Origin: a virus
Lineage: Duplodnaviria > Caudoviricetes
Reading direction: 5' to 3' (one strand)
Virus record (IMG/VR): IMGVR_UViG_3300035670_013246
Coordinates: 1-51,845 of that record
DNA length: 51,845 bases
Part shown: piece after piece, positions 16,911 through 26,057 of the stretch
How the letters are laid out: each line of letters opens with the position of its first letter
How positions within the stretch are numbered: position 1 is the stretch's first letter
Translations under genes and position numbers: made by a program
The notes under the pieces: generated by a model
Databases searched by the model: none
The model's input: only the letters and a program-made list of their open reading frames with translations
Told to the model about the DNA's origin: nothing

Positions 16911-17135
16911 ATGAACAACGTTCGCAAGATCCGGGTAGCTGCGGGGATTAGCCAAGCCCGGCTATGCCGGGAGCTCCGCTGGAACCAGTCGCGTCTGGCC
17001 AACTACGAGGCCGGGCGACGGTGTGTCGGCCTGGATGCGGCCCGGAAGATTGTCACTGCGCTGAACGGGCTAGGCGCCGAGTGCAGCCTTGACGATGTCT
17101 TCCCGCCAACGGCTCGCGACCCAGAAGCAGCCTGA
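16911..17135 (+). CDS. Cro-like HTH regulator
   Basis: ISQARLCRELRWNQSRLANYEAGRR; divergent from cI; GAGGA RBS. Confidence 0.88.
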   Translation: MNNVRKIRVAAGISQARLCRELRWNQSRLANYEAGRRCVGLDAARKIVTALNGLGAECSLDDVFPPTARDPEAA

Positions 17136-17218
17136 TATTTGAATCATTACTGATCTGGCACTGAGCCAGTAGATGATCGAAACACCTGCTGATTCATCCA
17201 GTACCTGAATCGCAGACG

Positions 17219-17249
17219 AAAAAAAACCGCCTGGCAGGGCGGCTTTCTC
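17219..17249. terminator. Possible bidirectional terminator after cro
   Basis: A-run, CCGCC-tggcag-GGCGG stem, then CTTTCT. Confidence 0.5.
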
Positions 17250-17273
17250 TACAGCTTCATAACGGGTTTAAGC

Positions 17274-18131
17274 ATGACAAACATCGTCCCACTTGACAAG
17301 TCCAGGGGGTTCACCCGGATGGACAACCAGCTCATGGATGGCCTGCTGGCTATCGATCTTTCCGCTCGGGAGATGAAGATTGTGCTGTACGTGGCCAAGG
17401 CCACCATCAACTTTGGGGCTGGTGCCCAGCGCATCCCGGCCACCGACATTGCGAAAGCTATCCACGCTCACCCTGACACCGTGTCAAAGGCCGTTTCCAG
17501 CCTGTTGCGCCGTCGCGTGCTGTTCCGTGAAGGTGGTGCCCGGGGCGACATCGGCGTGAATGACCCGAAAGACTGGGTATACGTGAATGATCCGAAACAG
17601 ACCAAAACAGCCAATTCGGCTGAAGTGGTCCGAATCGGCGAAGAGTCGAAACAGACCAAAACCGCCGGCTCCCTTCTTTATTCTAAGAAAGAAACCCCCT
17701 ATGTAAATCTTCCTTCGGAAGATGTTACATGCCCCCCCAGTGAATCTGGGCAGTCCCCGGTGAAGGCTGAGCGCAAGGCTCCCTTCGGCAAGGTAGCGAT
17801 GCTGGCCGACAACCCGCACGACCTGAGCGAGGCGCTGATCGCTGATTACCTTGCCGTCCGCAAAGCCAAGCGCGCTCCGTTGACCGCCCGAGTCTGGTCG
17901 ACCCTGAATTCCAAGCTCGAGCAGTGCAAGGCCTTCGGCGTGCAGCCGGACCAGGCCCTGGCGATCGCTGTCGAGAACGGCTGGCAGGGTTTCGAGGTGG
18001 ATTGGATCACCAAGCGGATCGGCGCCCAGCCGGCGCCCCAAGCCAAACACCATAGCCGCCACCACGGCTTCAACGACCGCGATTACACCGCTGGCCTGGC
18101 CTCGCGGGAGGACGGTACCTATGCGATCTGA
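17274..18131 (+). CDS. Replication initiator (lambda O-like)
   Basis: GFTRMDNQLMDGLLAIDLSAREMKIV N-terminus; position after cro; internal iterons. Confidence 0.85.
   Translation: MTNIVPLDKSRGFTRMDNQLMDGLLAIDLSAREMKIVLYVAKATINFGAGAQRIPATDIAKAIHAHPDTVSKAVSSLLRRRVLFREGGARGDIGVNDPKDWVYVNDPKQTKTANSAEVVRIGEESKQTKTAGSLLYSKKETPYVNLPSEDVTCPPSESGQSPVKAERKAPFGKVAMLADNPHDLSEALIADYLAVRKAKRAPLTARVWSTLNSKLEQCKAFGVQPDQALAIAVENGWQGFEVDWITKRIGAQPAPQAKHHSRHHGFNDRDYTAGLASREDGTYAI
17592..17694. repeat. Replication origin iterons plus AT-rich tract
   Basis: CGAAACAGACCAAAAC at 17593-17608 and 17647-17662, a degenerate inverted copy between them, then CTTCTTTATTCTAAGAAAGAAA. Confidence 0.7.
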
Positions 18132-18933
18132 ATCGGTGATCACCATGTCCGACGTGCGAAACGCCGCCGGCTTCCGCGTCCAACCTGCGCACTGCGAGCA
18201 TCACGGCGACTTCGAGCAGCGCGTGACCATGCTCATGGGGCGCGAGATCGTCGGGCGCTGCCCAGAGTGCGAGAAGGCCGCCATTGCCGAGCGCCAGGCC
18301 AAGCAGCAGACCGAGGAAGCCCGCCTGAAGCGCGAGGCCATGACCCGCAAGTTGGGTTCAGCGCTGATCCCGAAGCGATTCGCCGAGCGGACCCTGGCCA
18401 ACTACCGCGTAGAGCACGAAGGCCAGCGCAAGGCCCTAGCCTACTGCACGCGCTACGTGGCCGCGTTCGAGGAGATCGAGCGTACCGGGCGTTGCCTGAT
18501 GCTGCTGGGCAAGGTCGGCACCGGCAAGACCCACCTGGGTGCCGGCATGGCCAACGAGCTGATGCGCAACACCTCTGCCACCGCCGTGTACCGCACGGTG
18601 GGCGCGATTCTGCAGTCCATCCGCGCCACTTACGTCCGCCAAAGCGAACAGTCCGAGGCCGACATCCTGTCCAGCCTGATCGAGCCGTCGCTGCTGGTGC
18701 TCGACGAGGTAGGCGTCAGCAAAGAGCAGCCGAGTGAGTTTGAGCTGACAACCCTGTTTTCGATCATCAACGGGCGCTATGAGCAGATGCGCCCCACTGT
18801 GGTGATCTCCAATCTGGAGGCCAGCCAGCTGCGCCACGCCATGGGCGAGCGGTGTTACGACCGCTTGCGCGAGGGTGGCGGAGTGGTGGTGCCCTTCGAG
18901 TGGGAATCTCACCGTGGCAAGGAGGAGTTCTGA
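18121..18933 (+). CDS. DnaC/IstB-like AAA+ helicase loader
   Basis: Walker A GKVGTGKT, Walker B LLVLDEVG, DRLREG; N-terminal Zn ligands. Confidence 0.9.
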   Translation: MRSESVITMSDVRNAAGFRVQPAHCEHHGDFEQRVTMLMGREIVGRCPECEKAAIAERQAKQQTEEARLKREAMTRKLGSALIPKRFAERTLANYRVEHEGQRKALAYCTRYVAAFEEIERTGRCLMLLGKVGTGKTHLGAGMANELMRNTSATAVYRTVGAILQSIRATYVRQSEQSEADILSSLIEPSLLVLDEVGVSKEQPSEFELTTLFSIINGRYEQMRPTVVISNLEASQLRHAMGERCYDRLREGGGVVVPFEWESHRGKEEF

Positions 18934-18935
18934 CC

Positions 18936-19235
18936 ATGCGGCAGACCAAATTGACTAAGGCCGCGCGCGGCCGGGAGTGCCAGGTACGCATTCCTGGCGT
19001 GTGCAACGGAAACCCGGAAACCACCGTTCTGGCGCACTACCGCCTGGCCGGCACCTGCGGCGCGGGTATCAAGCCGAACGACCTGCAGGGCGCCTGGTCT
19101 TGCAGCGCGTGCCATGACGCTGTCGATTCGCGCAGGAAGACCACGTTCAGCCACGAAGAGCTGCGGTTGATGCACCTGGAAGGCGTAGTGCGAACGCTCG
19201 CCATCCTCGTGAGCGAAGGGAAGGTGGCCGCATGA
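18936..19235 (+). CDS. DUF1364-family (His-Me/Zn) protein
   Basis: ARGRECQVRIPGVCNGNPETTVLAHYR...CSACHD. Confidence 0.85.
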   Translation: MRQTKLTKAARGRECQVRIPGVCNGNPETTVLAHYRLAGTCGAGIKPNDLQGAWSCSACHDAVDSRRKTTFSHEELRLMHLEGVVRTLAILVSEGKVAA

Positions 19236-19480
19236 TCAGTCCAGCCATGATGTTCAGCGGCATCCCGATCTATGTCAGCGAGCACCTGCCAAGGACGAAA
19301 ACCGTTCGCTGGCAGACAGAGCGGAAGTGGTGCCACTGGAAGAACGCTCCGGCCCTTCGTTACCGGAAGCGTGCGAAGGAAGTCCCTTGCGACACGATGA
19401 TCATGTTGGGCGGCCGGGCGTTCGTCTCACCTGAAGCCCTGGCGAAGATCCAAGCCCAGCTGGGGAGGGCTGAACAGTGA
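19232..19480 (+). CDS. Hypothetical phage protein
   Basis: 82-aa ORF coupled on both sides. Confidence 0.65.
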   Translation: MISPAMMFSGIPIYVSEHLPRTKTVRWQTERKWCHWKNAPALRYRKRAKEVPCDTMIMLGGRAFVSPEALAKIQAQLGRAEQ

Positions 19481-19905
19481 AGCCGGCGATCATGAAGCCT
19501 GTACGGGCCAAGAAGCCTCGGGCGAAGCCTGTAGACCGGGAAGGCCCAGAGCAGGCCGCGTTGATGGAAGAAATCGCGCTTCGCTACCCGGACGTATTCG
19601 AGCTGATCTACCACGTACCGAATGGCGGCCACAGGCACAAGAAGGTTGCTGAAAAGCTGAAGGACCAGGGCGTGAAGGCCGGCATCCCTGATCTGGTGCT
19701 GCCGATGGCCCGGGGCGGCTATTTCGGCATGTACATCGAATTCAAGGCGACGGTTGACCCCGCGCCCGTCTCGCCCAGTCAGCAGGCGTGTATCCGGCGC
19801 CTAAATGATCAGGGCTATCTCGCCATCGTGTGCCGAGGGCACTTCGACGCTATGGAGCAGCTGCGGGCCTACTTGCTGCTGCCGAAAACGGAGGTTGCAG
19901 CATGA
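19477..19905 (+). CDS. VRR-NUC domain nuclease
   Basis: HVPNGG, GVKAGIPDL, YIEFK, SPSQ. Confidence 0.88.
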   Translation: MKPAIMKPVRAKKPRAKPVDREGPEQAALMEEIALRYPDVFELIYHVPNGGHRHKKVAEKLKDQGVKAGIPDLVLPMARGGYFGMYIEFKATVDPAPVSPSQQACIRRLNDQGYLAIVCRGHFDAMEQLRAYLLLPKTEVAA

Positions 19906-21191
19906 CCAACACCGCCGCTGTGAAAATCAGCGATGCAGAGATTCGCCGGCAGGCCGCCGGCCAGGTGCGTGACCTGCGCGCTCTGGGCAACCACGGCCTG
20001 TATTTTCGCTTTCACCGTTCCCGGGAGCGCGGGTCTTGGTACCTGATCCACAAGGGCAAGTGGAACCTGATCGGCTCATACCCTGAGCTGAGCGCTGCCA
20101 AGGTGGCCGCTGCGCTGCCTGATATCCGCCTGCGGCTGGAAGCGGGTGAGGGTTCCAACCTATCGAGCTGGGTGCTGACCGGCGAGTTGCTGGCTTGGTT
20201 CGCTGAGCGCATGTCCCGCGACCGCAACCTGTCGACCAAGCGCAAGAGCACGGCGGCGTCGGCTATCAAGCAGCACCTGGTGCCGCGGCTCGGCCAGATC
20301 CCGCTGGCCCAGATCGACAAGGCGCTGCTCGACCGCGAGCTGATGTGGCCGCTGCAAGAGTCGTTGTCGATCGACTACGTGCGCCTCGTGGTCCAATTGC
20401 TGGCCTTGGCGTTCCGGCAGGCTCGCAAGCTCGGCAAGATCAGCTCGAACCCCATGGCCGGCATCCGCTTTGGTGATTTCTCCAAGGCCAAGGTCAAGGT
20501 CAAGCCGTCGCGCCTGCGTGGTGTGCACCTCGACGACCTGATGGCCCGCATGAAGAGCACGCTGGCCAACCGGCCGCAGCATGGCGTGCTGGCCCTGATG
20601 ATGTTGTGCCACGGCACCCGACTGGGCGAAACCCGCCTGGCCCGCTGGAGCCACATCAGCCTGGCCGAGCGAGAGTGGTTTATTCCCGCCGAGCACACCA
20701 AGACCAGCGTGCAGCACCGTCTGCCACTGACCGACCAGGTGCGTTTCCTGCTGATGGCCTACCGCGAGATCCAGCGCAACGAAGGCTACGACGGCGAGTT
20801 TCTGTTCCCGGGGCGCCAGGGCAAGCCCATGAGCGAGGCCAAGGCATCCGCCGTGTTCACCGTTATGGGGCAGGGCGAGTGGACCAGCCACGACCTGCGC
20901 AAGCTGGCCCGCACCGGTTGGGCTGACCTGGGCGTCGACCACCTGGTGGGTGAGCTGCTGATCAACCATGCCATGGGCCACAACGTGAAGGTGTACATCC
21001 AGTCCGACGTCATGGCGCGCAAGCGTGAGGCGCTGGAGAAGTGGCACGCCCACCTTGATCAGAAGGGTTTCGCCTCGGTTCACGGCTTGACCGGTGATAG
21101 ATCAACGGATTCATGGATTCTCTGCAAGGCCGCAGAGCGAGCGGGGTTCGGCGGACTTCCGGTATCCACCATAAGCGAGGATTCAAAATGA
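19902..21191 (+). CDS. Second tyrosine recombinase
   Basis: GTRLGE (R), HTKT (K), SHDLRK (HxxR), INHA (H), KVYIQ (Y). Confidence 0.88.
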   Translation: MTNTAAVKISDAEIRRQAAGQVRDLRALGNHGLYFRFHRSRERGSWYLIHKGKWNLIGSYPELSAAKVAAALPDIRLRLEAGEGSNLSSWVLTGELLAWFAERMSRDRNLSTKRKSTAASAIKQHLVPRLGQIPLAQIDKALLDRELMWPLQESLSIDYVRLVVQLLALAFRQARKLGKISSNPMAGIRFGDFSKAKVKVKPSRLRGVHLDDLMARMKSTLANRPQHGVLALMMLCHGTRLGETRLARWSHISLAEREWFIPAEHTKTSVQHRLPLTDQVRFLLMAYREIQRNEGYDGEFLFPGRQGKPMSEAKASAVFTVMGQGEWTSHDLRKLARTGWADLGVDHLVGELLINHAMGHNVKVYIQSDVMARKREALEKWHAHLDQKGFASVHGLTGDRSTDSWILCKAAERAGFGGLPVSTISEDSK

Positions 21192-21442
21192 GCAGCGGCA
21201 ACAGGATGCGCAATGACCTCCCGGCGCTGGTAGAGCAGGCAATCACTGGGCACCCAGGGTATGCAGAGTTTGCTGCCTGGTGCCAAAGCCAGCTGATTCA
21301 CCCTTACCAGATCTATTTCTTGGTTTGGCAGGCCTCCCGGGAGGCAGTGGTGGTGGAGCTGCCACTGGCCATGGATGGGCAGATGTGGGTATCCCAGGTA
21401 GTTGAGTCCATTACCGCCCAAGGACTGAAGGTAGCTAAGTGA
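21188..21442 (+). CDS. Hypothetical phage protein
   Basis: ATG overlaps the previous stop; GAGGA RBS; WQASREAVVVELP pattern. Confidence 0.65.
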   Translation: MSSGNRMRNDLPALVEQAITGHPGYAEFAAWCQSQLIHPYQIYFLVWQASREAVVVELPLAMDGQMWVSQVVESITAQGLKVAK

Positions 21443-21756
21443 TGAAGAACCACGGCCCAGCCTTCAAAAAGGCCGTGATCGAGCTGGACAAGTGCCCTTT
21501 GTGCCGTGGGAGAGCGGTCACCAAGGGTGTGTTCTACGAACTGCCATGCGACCACTGCAACGCCTCGGGCTTTGTGGCGGCTGCAACAGGCGAGGGTCTG
21601 GCGCTGGATGAGCTGGTGACCCAGCTGAGCATGGCCCTGCGGGCCGCGCATCGGCAGATCGAGCAATTGAAGAACCCTCAGGCATCCGGGCCTGAGGCTA
21701 CATATCAGGGAAGCAACCGGCGCGGCGCCGGCGGCACCAACTACACCGGCGATTGA
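21439..21756 (+). CDS. Zn-finger phage protein
   Basis: CPLCRG...CDHCNASG. Confidence 0.7.
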   Translation: MMKNHGPAFKKAVIELDKCPLCRGRAVTKGVFYELPCDHCNASGFVAAATGEGLALDELVTQLSMALRAAHRQIEQLKNPQASGPEATYQGSNRRGAGGTNYTGD

Positions 21757-21767
21757 GGGGGAAGGAC

Positions 21768-22109
21768 ATGAGCAACGTAGAAAAGTCGGCTGAATACCTG
21801 CTGGAGCACTGGGGTCGCTGGGTTGTACTGGGCTCCGGCGTTTCGTGCTGCGCATCGCGGGAGAACACCATCCTCGATCCAATGATCACGGATGACGATG
21901 CCTTGTTCATTGACCGTCTGGTAGGCCGGCTCAGTAAGCGTTACCCAGAGTGCGGCCAGGTCATCATCAAGTACTACACCTCCCGCGACACCTCGCTCAG
22001 GGATGTTGGCAAGAAGCTTGGCTTTGGTGAGGAGAAGACCCGCCAGCTGTGGAAGGCAGGTGTGGCCTGGATCGATGGTGCGATCGATATTCGTCGTGAA
22101 GCCGCTTGA
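21768..22109 (+). CDS. Late antiterminator Q-family protein
   Basis: LLEHWGRWV, ITDDDALFID, C-terminal HTH and GVAWIDG; lies just before PR' and the holin. Confidence 0.85.
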   Translation: MSNVEKSAEYLLEHWGRWVVLGSGVSCCASRENTILDPMITDDDALFIDRLVGRLSKRYPECGQVIIKYYTSRDTSLRDVGKKLGFGEEKTRQLWKAGVAWIDGAIDIRREAA

Positions 22110-22146
22110 CAGCCCCGGTCCTCACCCGTATCTTTCGTGGTACTTT
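22106..22146 (+). promoter_or_regulatory. Late promoter PR' with -10-like pause element
   Basis: TTGACA 22106-22111, 17-bp spacer, TATCTT 22129-22134; second -10-like hexamer TACTTT at 22141-22146. Confidence 0.8.
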
Positions 22147-22193
22147 GCGGTAGGTGCGCGAGAGCAAACTCGTCATCCCCAGCAGCCTCCTTA

Positions 22194-22227
22194 GAGCCTC
22201 GGCATTCGCCGGGGCTTTTTCGTTTTC
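22194..22227 (+). terminator. tR'-like intrinsic terminator
   Basis: AGCCTCGGC-attc-GCCGGGGCT followed by TTTTCGTTTT. Confidence 0.8.
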
Positions 22228-22307
22228 GGCTCCACCACACCCATCGCCCCGAGCTGGGAGTGCTGTTGGGGCCAAATCTATTCGCTCCCCAAAAGGGAGG
22301 AACCGAG

Positions 22308-22631
22308 ATGCCAAACATGCCCGAGAAGGATCCTGGCCTGTGGGCCGCTGTGCTCACCTGGGTGCTGGCCCATCAGCCCCAGCTGTATGCCGCTGGCTTG
22401 TCGGTCGCGATCGCCGTCCTTCGGGTGGTGTATGGCGGCGGCACCCGCCGGCAGATGTTCTTGGAGGGCGCCTTGTGCGGCCTAATCACCTTGGCCCTGG
22501 TGCCGCTGCTCGAATGGATGGGCCTGCCACAGGGCATGGCCACCTTCGCCGGTGGCATGGTTGGTTTCATGGGAGTGGAAAAGCTTCGCGGCTACTCCGA
22601 TCTGTTCCTGTCTCGCAAGGCGCAGGGGTAA
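22308..22631 (+). CDS. Holin, lambda family
   Basis: Three hydrophobic segments, LEGALCG and GFMGVEKLR; GGAGG RBS. Confidence 0.88.
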   Translation: MPNMPEKDPGLWAAVLTWVLAHQPQLYAAGLSVAIAVLRVVYGGGTRRQMFLEGALCGLITLALVPLLEWMGLPQGMATFAGGMVGFMGVEKLRGYSDLFLSRKAQG

Positions 22632-22634
22632 ACG

Positions 22635-22865
22635 ATGAACCGAGACCAGATTGCGACAGCGAACAGCCTGTTCTTCAAGCGCGACCAGGTGCAGCGACGG
22701 TTGGATACGTTGCTGAGCGGTTCCGGTGTTGCACTTGCGATTACTGGTGACTACCAGACGCCAGAGGTTCTGGCGACGATTATAACGCCGCTGGCAGATC
22801 ACTTCAGGAGCGAGCTGACCGCCATAGACGATCAGCTCAAGCTGATGGGGTGGAGCGGCGAGTAA
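22635..22865 (+). CDS. Hypothetical protein
   Basis: 76-aa ORF directly after the holin. Confidence 0.65.
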   Translation: MNRDQIATANSLFFKRDQVQRRLDTLLSGSGVALAITGDYQTPEVLATIITPLADHFRSELTAIDDQLKLMGWSGE

Positions 22866-22920
22866 GCGGCCGGCCTTCTGAGTCGCGCCACGACTTGGTG
22901 AAGCGCCATTTCGTGGCGGT

Positions 22921-23157
22921 TCAGTCTGTGCGCAGCAAAGGGAATAACTCCTCTGGGTTTCGTGATTCGGCATTCATCTTGTTGCACGTCTCTGCGGCTT
23001 CAGATCTGGTTTTAAAGCTGAACTTCCGTCTTTCCTTCTCCTGATTGTCATAGATATCAAAGCCGCCCGAAATGGTGGCGGCATAGAACCGGTTACCAAT
23101 TTGGAAGGACTCGCCTTCGATTGGCACAGCCGGAACGATAACGAATCTTGGTTGCAT
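22921..23157 (-). CDS. Hypothetical protein, antisense moron
   Basis: 78 aa, GGGAGG RBS, AT-richer than its flanks. Confidence 0.7.
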   Translation of the reverse strand: MQPRFVIVPAVPIEGESFQIGNRFYAATISGGFDIYDNQEKERRKFSFKTRSEAAETCNKMNAESRNPEELFPLLRTD

Positions 23158-23237
23158 GTTCGAGCCTCCCCAGGCAGATACCTAAGTATTAGATGCAATC
23201 ATGAATGATCGCAGTCTGACTCATATAAGGTCGACGA

Positions 23238-23579
23238 ATGGCAGGACGGCTCAAGACCCTCGATTCTCGAATCAAAGAGAGTATCGGTACACGAATCAAA
23301 GTTGTATCGCCGGGGAGTTGGCGAAGTGGCATGACCAGCTCCCAGCGTGGCTACGACTACAAGTGGCAGAAGGCCAGAGAGCAATACTTGCGCGACAACC
23401 CGCTATGCGTCTACTGCGAGCGGAGTGGCCGCACAACAGCGGCAAGTGTTGTCGACCACATCGTTGCTCACCGTGGAGACATGATTCTCTTCTGGGATCA
23501 GGCCAATTGGCAGAGCCTCTGCAAGCCCTGCCACGACTCGGTCAAGCAGGCCGAGGAGGCTGCCGGCCTAGGTGGCTGA
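23238..23579 (+). CDS. HNH endonuclease (terminase-associated)
   Basis: PLCVYC, VVDHIVAHRG, NWQSLCKPCH; upstream of terS. Confidence 0.9.
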   Translation: MAGRLKTLDSRIKESIGTRIKVVSPGSWRSGMTSSQRGYDYKWQKAREQYLRDNPLCVYCERSGRTTAASVVDHIVAHRGDMILFWDQANWQSLCKPCHDSVKQAEEAAGLGG

Positions 23580-23739
23580 GGCGTCAGCAGATCGTCGCGA
23601 GGCGGCCGGGCGAACTCATGAAGCACGTCAGTGACATGCTTCGAAAGGGGAAGGGGGGGAAAAAGCTAGGGGTTCTCATCTAGCTAGACCGCCTCCGACC
23701 CCACGTACACATTTTTTCCCGTTTCAGGAAAAGTTAACC

Positions 23740-24216
23740 ATGGCTTTAACCGACAAGAAGCGGCGGTTTGTTGACGCTTTGCTGTCGGGTGCCACAAATC
23801 GCGAGGCGGCGATCGCTGCCGGATATTCGGAGAAAACCGCGTCGCAAGCGGGCTCCAAGCTTGCGAAGGACCCCGATGTCCTTGCTGAAGTCGGACGCCG
23901 GTTGAAGCAAAAGCAGGCTTCCAGCACCGAGGTTAAACCGTCTCGAAAAGTTAAAGCCGAACAACCTCAGGAGCAGCACGCCGATGAGCTGTCGTTAACC
24001 GAGACCGACGACCCGCGAGCCTTCCTCACTGAACTGATGAACGCAGAAGGCGCCGACATGCGCATGCGGCTGGAAGCGGCCAAGACGTTAATGCCTTATG
24101 TGCACGGCAAGGTCGCCGACCAGGGCAAGAAAGAGCAGAAGGCCGAGGCCGCCAAGCAGGTCGGTAAAGGCAAGTACTCCCAGGGCAAGCCGCCTCTCTC
24201 CGTAGTGAAGAACTGA
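23740..24216 (+). CDS. Terminase small subunit
   Basis: LTDKKRRFV...AAIAAGYSEKTASQAGSKL. Confidence 0.9.
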   Translation: MALTDKKRRFVDALLSGATNREAAIAAGYSEKTASQAGSKLAKDPDVLAEVGRRLKQKQASSTEVKPSRKVKAEQPQEQHADELSLTETDDPRAFLTELMNAEGADMRMRLEAAKTLMPYVHGKVADQGKKEQKAEAAKQVGKGKYSQGKPPLSVVKN

Positions 24217-24219
24217 CCT

Positions 24220-25899
24220 ATGCAATGGACAACCGCCTGCCCGGATTGGTGGAGGTGCCTGGCTGCGAGCGAATCAATCATCCCCGAGCCGCTGTTTCCA
24301 GACGAAGCTGAAGCCGGCCTCGACGTGTTCAAGGGGCTGAAGATCGTCGATGCCCCGGGCAGCCCCACCATTGAGGCTGCCTGCGCACCCTGGGTCTTGG
24401 CATTCGCCGGGGCCATCTTCGGCAGCTACAACAGCGAGACTGGCGAGCGTCTGATCCGCGAAGTGATGCTCTGCATCCCGAAGAAAAACAGTAAATCTAC
24501 GATCGCTGCAGGGATCATGCTGACCGCACTGATCCGCAACTGGCGTCTTTCGGCTGAGTTCATCATCCTGGCGCCGACCAAGGAGATTGCCGACAACTCG
24601 TTCATCCCGGCCAAAGACATGGTCAACAATGACGACGAGCTGAAAGCGTTGCTGCATGTTCAGCCGCACCTGCGGTTGATCACCCATCGCGAGACCGGTG
24701 CCACCTTGAAGGTGGTGGCTGCGGATAGCGATGTGGTGGGCGGCAAGAAAGCCGTCGGTGTCCTCATCGACGAAGCTTGGCTATTCGGCAAAAACCCGAA
24801 AGCCGCTGACATGATCCGTGAGGCGACTGGCGGTCTGCTGTCGCGACCCGAAGGCTTCATCATCTGGCTCACGACCCAGTCGAATGAGCCGCCGGCGGGT
24901 GTGTTCCGCTCCAAGCTCAACTATGCACGCGGCGTGCGTGATGGCCGGATCGACGACAACCGCTTCCTGCCGATCATCTATGAGTTCTCTCAAGAGATGA
25001 TCAAGAGCGGCGAGGCGCGGAAGCCTGAGAACTTCCACCTGGTCAATCCGAACATCGACTACTCCGTCGACCGCCCCACCCTAGAACGCCTGTTCATGCA
25101 GGCTGAACTGGATGGCGAGGCTGAGCTTCGCGGATTTTTAGCCAAGCATCTCAATATTGAGATCGGCCTCGCGCTGATGTCAGACGCATGGGTCGGCGCG
25201 GAGTTTTGGGAGGCTCAAGCTGCTACGTGGCTGAACCTTGATGAAATCCTCACCCGGTGCGAAGTGGTCGATGTTGGTGGTGATGGAGGCGGCCTTGATG
25301 ACCTGCTCGGGCTGGCAGTGATCGGGCGGGAGGCGGGTACCCGCAGGTGGTTCCACTGGGCTCACGCTTGGGCACATCCTTCTGTTCTTGAACGGCGCAA
25401 ATCTGAGGCTCCGCGACTCAGAGACCTGGAGAAAGCAGGCGACCTCACCATCGTCGAGCGTATTGGTGAAGACGTAGCGCAATTCGCGGCTATCGTCGCC
25501 CGGGTCAATGCCACCGGTCTTCTGGATAAGGTGGGGCTCGACCCTGCAGGGATTGGCTCTGTTCTTGATGCCTTGGCGGATGCTGAGGTCGAGGAAGACA
25601 AGATCGTCGGCATCTCCCAGGGCTGGAAGCTCACCGGCGCAATCAAGACGACAGAGCGCAAGCTTGCCGAAGGCACGCTGCTGCACTGCGGCCAACCGCT
25701 AATGGCCTGGTCCTGCGGTAACGCCAAAGGGGTGCCATCGGCCAACGCGTTCTTGATCACTAAGCAGGCTTCGGGCACAGCAAAGATCGACCCGCTGATG
25801 GCTACTTTCAACGCCGTTTCTCTGATCAGCCTCAACCCTGAAGGCCGTGGAGGAATGGACAACTTCATGGCTGGCATTCGGGACCCACTGATCGCATGA
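24220..25899 (+). CDS. Terminase large subunit
   Basis: IPKKNSKST Walker A variant, VLIDEAW Walker B, KIDPLMA. Confidence 0.92.
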   Translation: MQWTTACPDWWRCLAASESIIPEPLFPDEAEAGLDVFKGLKIVDAPGSPTIEAACAPWVLAFAGAIFGSYNSETGERLIREVMLCIPKKNSKSTIAAGIMLTALIRNWRLSAEFIILAPTKEIADNSFIPAKDMVNNDDELKALLHVQPHLRLITHRETGATLKVVAADSDVVGGKKAVGVLIDEAWLFGKNPKAADMIREATGGLLSRPEGFIIWLTTQSNEPPAGVFRSKLNYARGVRDGRIDDNRFLPIIYEFSQEMIKSGEARKPENFHLVNPNIDYSVDRPTLERLFMQAELDGEAELRGFLAKHLNIEIGLALMSDAWVGAEFWEAQAATWLNLDEILTRCEVVDVGGDGGGLDDLLGLAVIGREAGTRRWFHWAHAWAHPSVLERRKSEAPRLRDLEKAGDLTIVERIGEDVAQFAAIVARVNATGLLDKVGLDPAGIGSVLDALADAEVEEDKIVGISQGWKLTGAIKTTERKLAEGTLLHCGQPLMAWSCGNAKGVPSANAFLITKQASGTAKIDPLMATFNAVSLISLNPEGRGGMDNFMAGIRDPLIA

Positions 25900-26057
25900 A
25901 CGCATTTCATATTTTCATCGCCTGCGCAGTGGTCGCTTTCTGCTTGGCGTGCAGCGGGGTCTGGATGCTGGCTGGTACCGGCTGGGCTTTGCTGGCCGGA
26001 TCGCTGAGCTTCTTCTGCATCGCTGGCTTCATCCGCAGAGGGCTTGTCAGTGATTAA
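25896..26057 (+). CDS. Small 53-aa membrane protein between terL and portal
   Basis: Manual translation MNAFHIFIACAVVAFCLACSGVWMLAGTGWALLAGSLSFFCIAGFIRRGLVSD; overlaps both neighbours. Confidence 0.65.
   Translation: MNAFHIFIACAVVAFCLACSGVWMLAGTGWALLAGSLSFFCIAGFIRRGLVSD

Noticed and set aside
22147-22300. tRNA after the late promoter
   Set aside because: No cloverleaf or T-loop GTTCGA; only a terminator hairpin is evident.
23640-23735. Exact cos site between HNH and terS
   Set aside because: The position is expected for HNH/HK97-type phages, but the cut site cannot be determined by eye.
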